A stretch of 32,000 bases of DNA from Haloquadratum walsbyi C23 (GTDB taxonomy: Archaea; Halobacteriota; Halobacteria; Halobacteriales; Haloferacaceae): contig NC_017459.1 in assembly GCF_000237865.1 (NCBI RefSeq), forward strand, positions 1,710,001-1,742,000, read 5' to 3'. This document shows, one piece after another, positions 8,952 to 17,788 of this stretch. The translations under genes and the position numbers were made by a program. The notes beneath the pieces were generated by a model. The model saw only the letters and a program-made list of their open reading frames with translations, had not been told where the DNA came from and made no database searches. Position 1 is the first letter of the stretch, and the number at the start of each line of letters is the position of its first letter.

Positions 8952-9698
8952 TTATGATCCTGGTCCTGTGGTTGTTCCCCCATCTATTGCGTTGTCACCT
9001 TCCTCATCATTCACTGCTGAGATGGTGATATCCTCGAGGATTGGCTCATCAGTGTTGTCGAGATTGAGTGTACCGCTGCTCACAGCTTCAGGCTCGATTT
9101 CGATTGCCATACTGACTGTCACTGTCTCACCAGATTCAATATTAACCGCTATAGCGTTGTTATCCGGTTGTTCCGAGAGACTACTTGAGTCCTCAGAGAT
9201 AACGACATCGTCGGAATCAATCATCGCGTTGAATTCGTTGATTCTGTTGTCTATACTCACTGAAGAATCACTACTTGTCTCGTTGATCTGAGAGCCAAGC
9301 TGATTATCATCAATATAGAATGTCGTATTGACGCTGCTATTACCGTCTTGTGCACCGCCTTCTGTGTTAATCCAGACGTCGACATCCTCTTCGCCGTTGT
9401 TTGTAATATTGAATATGCCCTCAGCAGTTGTCGTTGCGTTCGCATTCACTCCATTATTGCCATCATTTCCATCTAGGACGATCTCGAAGGTCGAATCATC
9501 AGTGTCATCTTGATTAATGAATGAACTATTCTCCGGATCTTCAGTCGGCTGGATTGCGAGGAGTGCATTCGCGTCGCCAGCAACGTCGACATCAGCTGTA
9601 CGCTCTGCTTCAACAGTTGTGAACGCGCCCGTGGCCGCGAGGGTGCCCACGGCACCAAAGACCAGCACAAGCGCGAGGAGTTTTCCTTTTGGAATCAT
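8952..9698 (-). CDS. Secreted TasA/camelysin-like protein (possibly DUF1102 family), candidate major fibre subunit, paralog 1
   Basis: I prefer ATG 9698 over the upstream GTG 9752 because it gives a canonical leader, MIPKGKLLALVLVFGAVGTLAATGAFTTVEAERTADVDVAGD. This parallels the paralog at 13830 and the SipW-dependent TasA leader as I recall it (...LVGGGTWAAFNDIKSKDATFASGTLDL). The core motif FNITNNGEEDVDVW resembles TasA FQFENNGSLAIKEV. The protein is N/T/S/D-rich with many N-x-S/T sequons. Confidence 0.85.
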   Translation of the reverse strand: MIPKGKLLALVLVFGAVGTLAATGAFTTVEAERTADVDVAGDANALLAIQPTEDPENSSFINQDDTDDSTFEIVLDGNDGNNGVNANATTTAEGIFNITNNGEEDVDVWINTEGGAQDGNSSVNTTFYIDDNQLGSQINETSSDSSVSIDNRINEFNAMIDSDDVVISEDSSSLSEQPDNNAIAVNIESGETVTVSMAIEIEPEAVSSGTLNLDNTDEPILEDITISAVNDEEGDNAIDGGTTTGPGS

Positions 9699-9805
9699 AG
9701 TTTGAATTTCTGTGATTATGATGTGAGTTCCCCCGATCAGAGGGGTTCTCACTTACATGTACACAAACACCCTTCCCCCTTTGTTATCCCCCTCTACTAA
9801 ATCAG

Positions 9806-9965
9806 TAGGAGATAATAACGTCACCCCGGGACTCACATAGGTGACGCTAAATTGCCCCGGCAATTCGAATAGGAGATGCTAAACTCACCCTGAAAATATG
9901 ATAGGCGACGCTAAATAATCGCAAAAATCGAGTTAGTCTTGTGTAAAATCACCGTTAGACCCGCC
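9806..9965. repeat. Phased tandem array with exact 32-bp spacing: four clear units and one degenerate unit, consensus TAGGnGAYGCTAAA
   Basis: Units start at 9806 (taggagataataac), 9838 (taggtgacgctaaa), 9870 (taggagatgctaaa), 9902 (taggcgacgctaaa) and 9934 (tagtcttgtgtaaa). The array lies 108-267 bp upstream of the 9698 start, in the 1.19-kb divergent intergenic region. Confidence 0.7.
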
Positions 9966-10889
9966 TAATATGGCGAATATAGTGAATCCAGGATGATTTG
10001 TGCACACCACTCAGTGATATGCATACAATCTCAATTCGATGAAATACTTGGAACCCCCACTCTCGATCGGGGATGGTTCCTCCGACATCGATTGTCTCGG
10101 ATATGTGACCTCGCGCGAGTCTTTCATTAGTGATCCCTCGATATTCGGAATCGCGAGCGCAATCGTTGATCGAATGGACTGTCTATTCAATTCTCATCGG
10201 TCAGGATTCACCTGTGAATCTAATTTAGTCAGATATTCCCACCACGGTGATCAGTCTGAGAGTTTCGAGCAGCCAGATGGGCCGCGGTCGGATCATCTAT
10301 CGGTCTCAATAGCTCCCTGACATGAGGAGAATAATGGGTTTCTTGATGCTATGATTGAGAGCAGAACGATTGTCATCAGATTCTCATGTGTTTCTTACTG
10401 ATGATACGTAGCGATATAGCTATATGATGATATAGCACTCTGTCGACCAACTGGTCAACGGTGATGATCAGAAGCATTGTCCTGTATATTCAACCGGGTG
10501 CAAGATAGATTGTTGATATCGACATTGCTGAACGGGTCATTCTCGCTGCGACTGTTTCGGGCGAGAGCGAGTCAATGCCGGTGTCAGGTGATTATATAAA
10601 ACATATTCGACGTATGCATCGTTTTGTCTGTGATTTACGCTAGAAACTGGGTATGGCTTGTGTGCGCAATCACGTAGACAACGATGACAAACAACGTCGG
10701 ATCGAAAAGATGAATCACACGCTGTTACTCGTCTCATCTCCATTCATGAATATAGATATAAACATACGATAGATTTCATGATATACTGACGCTCTACGGA
10801 ATTGTGAATTGTGGGGAGAGATATGTACCCTGAAAGCAACGTAATTGATTTATTCACTCGTATTGAACATGTAAGCAACAAATCAAATA

Positions 10890-12770
<1,881 letters not shown>

Positions 12771-13125
12771 TTCTTTTAATTTTCTACATTATTAACAATC
12801 ACAGCGAATAGATAGGAATTAGCTTTCGCTGACTCAGTCTTCATTATTCGTCAATTCAGTGACGACGCTTACGCACACCTCTGTGACAACCATGAGGTCA
12901 TTAAATAAGTAGACATTACGCAATAAGAGCGCGCGACTGCGAGAGTCACATTAATTTAATTATAATATCATAAAAGGGATTACTCTGAGTATTTTCTGTA
13001 CTACTGGAAGCAATAGAGCTATCTATACGTGCGTACCTAAGCCAGAGAATTTCTCCTGGATTATCGAGGATTAGAATAAGGGTACACGTTCATTCCCACC
13101 TCATATGCAGATAACTCAAACGTCT

Positions 13126-13830
13126 TCAGTCGACTTCGAGTCCAGCTTCTGATTGATCAGGGTCTGCAATAGCAAGTATCGTAATCCGATTGAGGACCGC
13201 TTGATTGGAGTCAGGATCAATCCCATCGATTTCGACGGCAATACTAATATGAACACTCTGACCTGGAGTAATACTAATCCCAATTCCCTCTGTTCCTGGA
13301 GTGTCACCAGTGATTTCCGGCTCCGAGATGACGTAGTCCTGACCCGGATCGATGAATGCGTCAAAGGTAGTAATTCGTCTATCGATACTGACACCGCGAT
13401 CTTCAATTTCAGTCACATTCGCATTTTGAGAACTGCCGATATCGTCAATGTAGAATGTCGTATTAACATTATCTGACTCATTTTGTAAGCCGCCTTGTGT
13501 TGCTATCCACACTGTTACTGTTGATTCCCCGTTATTTGTAATATTGAAGATATTCGCTGCGGTTGTTGTTGCGTTTGTATTTAATTGTGCATTGTTTCTT
13601 CCACTCACATCAATCGCAAAAGTGCTATCGGCAGTGTCAGACTGCTGAATAAACGCACTTTCATCTGGGTCAACTGCCGGTTGAATTCCTAACAGTGCAT
13701 TAGCGTCCCCGGCGACGTCCACATCTGCGGTTCGCTCAGCCTCAACTGTACTGAATGCCCCTGTTGCGGTCACTCCAATTGCTCCACCAAAGAGCAGCAA
13801 AACAGCCACTACTCTAAGGAGTGATATCAT
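13126..13830 (-). CDS. Secreted TasA/camelysin-like protein (possibly DUF1102 family), paralog 2
   Basis: ATG start. Leader plus first strand is MISLLRVVAVLLLFGGAIGVTATGAFSTVEAERTADVDVAGDANALLGIQP, nearly identical at protein level to paralog 1. Shared core motifs are NATTTA, IFNITNNGESTVTVW and VNTTFYIDD. Confidence 0.85.
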   Translation of the reverse strand: MISLLRVVAVLLLFGGAIGVTATGAFSTVEAERTADVDVAGDANALLGIQPAVDPDESAFIQQSDTADSTFAIDVSGRNNAQLNTNATTTAANIFNITNNGESTVTVWIATQGGLQNESDNVNTTFYIDDIGSSQNANVTEIEDRGVSIDRRITTFDAFIDPGQDYVISEPEITGDTPGTEGIGISITPGQSVHISIAVEIDGIDPDSNQAVLNRITILAIADPDQSEAGLEVD

Positions 13831-13945
13831 AATGGGTTCTCATTATTATAAGAACTCTGGGTATATCATCTTATTGACTCAACGTTATGAGGAGTATGTT
13901 CACAGAAGAAGTCAAGATAATACTTATGATACCCTGCATGTGACC

Positions 13946-14003
13946 CATTGAGATTCATTCCCGCGCTGAAGCGCGAGGCTTTCTCCTCGATTCTCCGTAA
14001 GTA
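13946..14003 (-). repeat. GC-rich hairpin element in AT-rich spacer, possibly a remnant of an IS1341-type tnpB 3' end / right end; loosely related copies near 13037-13098 and 28283-28347
   Basis: The hairpin is CGCGC-TGAA-GCGCG at 13962-13975, flanked by ttcattccc and gaggctttctcctcgattctccgtaag. Related strings are gagaatttctcctggattatcgagg...cgttcattccc at 13046-13096 and attctcct...gagcgaggttttc at 28295-28323. The shared 10-mer ctatctatac precedes both of the other two copies. Similarity is weak and was judged by eye. Confidence 0.3.
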
Positions 14004-14065
14004 ACAACTCAAAATTCGTTGGTTTGATATTGATTGGATTGTCAGTATATGTACGAATAACCCTG

Positions 14066-14638
14066 ATGATGATAGCCGACGCTGCCGAACAACAAAACAG
14101 TGTAAAGGCGTTATCGACGGATGAGGCATATGATATTCTTTCTGATCAGCGCCGGCGATATGCCATTCATCATCTCAAGCAATTAGACACGGCAGTAAGC
14201 GTTCAGGACCTTGCTGAACAGGTAGCCGCATGGGAGAATGAAAAACCGATTGAACAGTTAAATTCACAGGAGCGAAAACGGGTTTATATCTCGTTATATC
14301 AATCACATCTTTCAACACTTGATGATGAAGGGATTGTTGAATACGATGAAGAAAACGGAATGGTCAGTCTCACTGACGCTGCCGATGAATTAAATATCTA
14401 CTTTGAGGTTGTGGCAGGCGATGATATTCCATGGAGTATATTTTATATTGGTCTAACGGCCGCTTTCAGTGCACTTGTCGGACTTACATACACTGGAATC
14501 GGTGTTCTCCAGCGAAGTCAACTTATCTTCGTGACAATTGGAATGCTTGTTTCGTATACTGCTGCAGGAGTTATCCAGACAATCCAACGAAAACGGATGG
14601 AATTGGGCGACTCTGGACCACCACCAGAATTGCAGTGA
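14066..14638 (+). CDS. Membrane-tethered winged-helix (ArsR-like, haloarchaeal DUF7344-type) putative transcription regulator
   Basis: The motif AYDILSDQRRRYAIHHLKQLDTAVSVQDLAEQVAAWENEKPIEQLNSQERKRVYISLYQSHLSTLDDEGIVEYDEENGMVSL matches the haloarchaeal HTH family I recall as DUF7344. Two C-terminal TM helices are WSIFYIGLTAAFSALVGLTY and LIFVTIGMLVSYTAAGVIQTI. I prefer ATG 14066 over TTG 14024. Confidence 0.75.
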   Translation: MMIADAAEQQNSVKALSTDEAYDILSDQRRRYAIHHLKQLDTAVSVQDLAEQVAAWENEKPIEQLNSQERKRVYISLYQSHLSTLDDEGIVEYDEENGMVSLTDAADELNIYFEVVAGDDIPWSIFYIGLTAAFSALVGLTYTGIGVLQRSQLIFVTIGMLVSYTAAGVIQTIQRKRMELGDSGPPPELQ

Positions 14639-14766
14639 GTATTTTGTTCAATTAAATAATCATCACCGTCTCCGATTAATCACAGATCATTTTATCTGCG
14701 GATAATCAGTCGATTTTACTCAGATATCAAGTAAGCTATTATCGCTGGTTCACTCTGAGAACCGGG

Positions 14767-16071
14767 TCACGTCTCAATGACGGTGTCAAATATTGGTCGA
14801 AGTGTATTGATTGTGCGGTCTCCATCTGACGGTGTCATTAGATAGGTTGTCTCAATATCTGCAGATTGGAGACGTCGACTGAGTGTATATAAAAACTGGA
14901 ATACTTTCTGTGGGCTAAGATACTGCAGGAACGCCTGAAGCGTATGAACGCTGCAGACTGTATTTTGATCTGGGTTCTGCCAGTTATCAAGTACCTGTGT
15001 AATGAGAATACCAAGTCGGGACAGATCAGTTTGATCGGATATCTGGTGTGTTTCAATTGATTCATCCATCCCATCACCAGATAGTTCTGCAACTGACATG
15101 TCTCCAGGAACACTTGCTCCGACTTTGATAATGATAATCTCACCACCGTCCCAACTCGGATGTTCCTGACACGCACGGAGTATATCGATCGTCTCACCTG
15201 CTGGAACAAGTAATAATAGATTCTGTGGGTACTGTGTTTCTAGTATATGATTAAATCCAGCATTCCATGTTTGTGAGTTATCCTCTCCAAGCAGAAGCGC
15301 TTGTGACCCATCAGAGACGGTGCTACTATCACTCTGAATACTCTCAGCAGAGGTACTGTCCGTCAGTGATGACGATTGCTGTGACTGTGACTGTGACTGT
15401 GACTGTGACTGCGGGGCAACCGGAGAGTCAGTCTGACCAGTATTCACGGACGTATTCTCGTTCTGGTTACTATCAGTGATGATTTCTTCAGGGATGTCTG
15501 TTTGACCGATATTCACAGAGCTATTTTTATTTTGATTACTAGATGTGCTTGCCTCATTTGATGAATCTGAACCAGAGGGCTGGTTCCATATACGCTCCGA
15601 GTCACGCTGAGATCTGTCAGCCGCAGGCTCAGTTGAGTGTTGATTTGAACCCGTAGATACGGCAGAATCAGACATATCATCAGAATTTTTCAGACGATCA
15701 TCGCTTGATAGTCCAGTTTTGATACTGTCAGAGTCAGTATCAGTTGCATCCGTAATTGCCGCATCGGACCAGACGCGAGTAGAGCGGGAGTCATTCGTTA
15801 TGTGCTCTTCTGGATCTGGCGTGGTTGTATCGGTATCAGTATCAGTATCGCTAGCGAAATCTGAACTTGAGTCTGCGTCCGCAGTTGTCTCATCGTCTGA
15901 GAGGGCATCATCATCATCGTTATTAATATTGTTATCTGCTGATTCGTCTGTATCTATATCATCAGGAGATTCAAACTTAGCAAACCGGGATCGGACAGTG
16001 GTACTCGTCTCTGCTTCATCATCCATGTCATCTTCCTCGGTCATGAGAAGAGAACAAATACCGAGTGACAT
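14767..16071 (-). CDS. Highly acidic protein with a disordered D/S/T-rich N-terminal ~270 aa and a C-terminal degenerate KaiC/RecA-like domain with no Walker A
   Basis: ATG at 16071, with an alternative ATG at 16044. Dipeptide repeats TDTDTDTDT and SQSQSQSQSQ are present. The C-terminal part (NLLLLVPAGETIDILRAC...VCSVHTLQAFLQYLSPQKVFQFLYTLSRRLQSADIETTYLMTP...LRPIFDTVIE) resembles the haloarchaeal inactive KaiC-like family. No GxxxxGK[ST] is present. Confidence 0.65.
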   Translation of the reverse strand: MSLGICSLLMTEEDDMDDEAETSTTVRSRFAKFESPDDIDTDESADNNINNDDDDALSDDETTADADSSSDFASDTDTDTDTTTPDPEEHITNDSRSTRVWSDAAITDATDTDSDSIKTGLSSDDRLKNSDDMSDSAVSTGSNQHSTEPAADRSQRDSERIWNQPSGSDSSNEASTSSNQNKNSSVNIGQTDIPEEIITDSNQNENTSVNTGQTDSPVAPQSQSQSQSQSQQSSSLTDSTSAESIQSDSSTVSDGSQALLLGEDNSQTWNAGFNHILETQYPQNLLLLVPAGETIDILRACQEHPSWDGGEIIIIKVGASVPGDMSVAELSGDGMDESIETHQISDQTDLSRLGILITQVLDNWQNPDQNTVCSVHTLQAFLQYLSPQKVFQFLYTLSRRLQSADIETTYLMTPSDGDRTINTLRPIFDTVIET

Positions 16072-16112
16072 ACCGTTTGTACACTATGCAATTGATATCC
16101 AATAATCATCAA

Positions 16113-17219
16113 TTAGCTCAGTCCGTTTTCATCCGTCTCTTCATCTAGAAATGGACTAAAATCTTCTGACTCATCAGCTGATAGATTCCGTGGGGCACCG
16201 GTAAGGACATCTGAAGTGAGTGGATTCCATCCGCTCGGGTCAATATCATTGAACGGAGTCTCACAAAATGGACATGCTGGTGAGGCTAACATTGAGATAT
16301 TTATATCCTCATCACAGTAGTCACATTTTGCATGTTCTATCCCTTCTTGGAGAGCTGTTTGTCTGATTGCTTCTAAGGTTTCTTTATCCTCACTTATAGA
16401 GCTAATCATGTCAGTGTTATCCTCAATTTGATTTGTTAGCTGACTCCGGCGTGTCTCAAACTCCTCTTGTCGATTGAGTGCTGTTTCAAACGCACTTTCA
16501 ATTGAGTCAAACTCATCATCAACCCGTGATTGGATTGTTTCTTGGGATCTCTCAAGCTCTTCAATCCTCGATTTGAATTCCTGTCGTAATTCAAGAGATT
16601 CTTCATATGACTGGTTGAGTTGCTCAATTTCTTCTTTCAGTAATTCGATTTCAGATTGTACATTAGCCATTTTCGCATCATTCTCAGATGAATTGCGTGA
16701 GCCCCGATTTTCATTCTCCATTATATTCACTTCTTGTTCGATACTCTTGACACGGTCTTGAAGTCGGACCCAACGCTCAGTCTGGCTTCGGCGGTTCTGG
16801 TCAATCTTATCTGATAAGTCGTACAATCGCTGCCACAACTCCTTTTCAGACCGTTCATCTGACATTTTCCTGAGTCCATCATTATAGTCCGGACCGCTTT
16901 CAGAGACGCCACTCTCTTCAGATTTAGACGTTGATACAGATTCCCGCTTTCCTACCGGTAACGGCTGTTCTTTTTGATCAATCGTATCATTACCGCCGGT
17001 GGATGCACCAGTTTCCTGGTCATGATTTGACTGGTTGGCAGTTGTTGTGTCTGTAACAGAGTTCAGCGTGCGTTGTAATTCAGTATATACCCAATATGCA
17101 GAAACAGTCTGATCCAATATTTCATTTGTTGATACTCCCTCGGACTCAGCCATCTCCTCAGCCCACTCTAAGAATTCATCTGTATCAAACTCAATATCTT
17201 TATCTGATGTATTATTCAT
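16113..17219 (-). CDS. Acidic coiled-coil protein with a C-terminal zinc ribbon
   Basis: ATG start. There is a long heptad-like E/Q/R/L-rich stretch (residues ~120-290, e.g. EIELLKEEIEQLNQSYEESLELRQEFKSRIEELERSQETIQ). The C-terminal CxxC...CxxC motif is CDYCDEDINISMLASPACPFCETPF. No family name recognised. Confidence 0.7.
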   Translation of the reverse strand: MNNTSDKDIEFDTDEFLEWAEEMAESEGVSTNEILDQTVSAYWVYTELQRTLNSVTDTTTANQSNHDQETGASTGGNDTIDQKEQPLPVGKRESVSTSKSEESGVSESGPDYNDGLRKMSDERSEKELWQRLYDLSDKIDQNRRSQTERWVRLQDRVKSIEQEVNIMENENRGSRNSSENDAKMANVQSEIELLKEEIEQLNQSYEESLELRQEFKSRIEELERSQETIQSRVDDEFDSIESAFETALNRQEEFETRRSQLTNQIEDNTDMISSISEDKETLEAIRQTALQEGIEHAKCDYCDEDINISMLASPACPFCETPFNDIDPSGWNPLTSDVLTGAPRNLSADESEDFSPFLDEETDENGLS

Positions 17220-17788
17220 TGATGATACTCTAATAGTTTATTTTTCAAGCGTTTTCTATCAACTCCGGTTAGTATAATAATCTCAGATATAGATTTCTTC
17301 TCGCGATCATGAGGACAGCAGCGAAGTAATTTAAACTGATGTGTAATTAGATATAGAATACGTATCATTATCGGTGTACCTGTACAATTATTATGTTTTT
17401 CAGATGAACGGATTGAATAACTCGAATTATTACGTCTGCTATAATCATATAATCACTGTATACCTATATTCTTTCTGTTGTCTAAAATCTATATTATGTT
17501 TGATATGATTTCCGAATAGAACTTAATACGTCATCAATATAACAAATGTTTAATTATATTCATTTTATAACGCAGTCTTTTCATCTGGGTACGGGCTTTT
17601 GTGAGCACAACTCTACATGACTCCAGGATATAGTAATTAAATCGATAATAAGCAGGGTGTTAGCACAGCGAATAGTAAAAAAACAATATTTGATATGTTG
17701 AGGAACCGATTTACTTAATTCTCTATATCAATAATCGATGTGATACTTTCCACAATATTATTGAGGTGGGAATATCCAATACACACTT

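Noticed and set aside
9806-9965. The 32-bp periodic repeats could be a small CRISPR array.
   Set aside because: Only ~14-21 nt of each 32-bp unit is conserved, and imperfectly. The 'spacers' would be ~11 nt. There is no palindromic repeat core and there are no cas genes nearby. A protein-binding or promoter array fits better.
10039-10320. A 93-aa ORF in the large divergent spacer.
   Set aside because: Its composition is Cys/His/Ser-rich and not acidic, it has no recognisable motif or leader, and it sits in a region that looks regulatory. It could be a relic of something older, but I cannot support a call.
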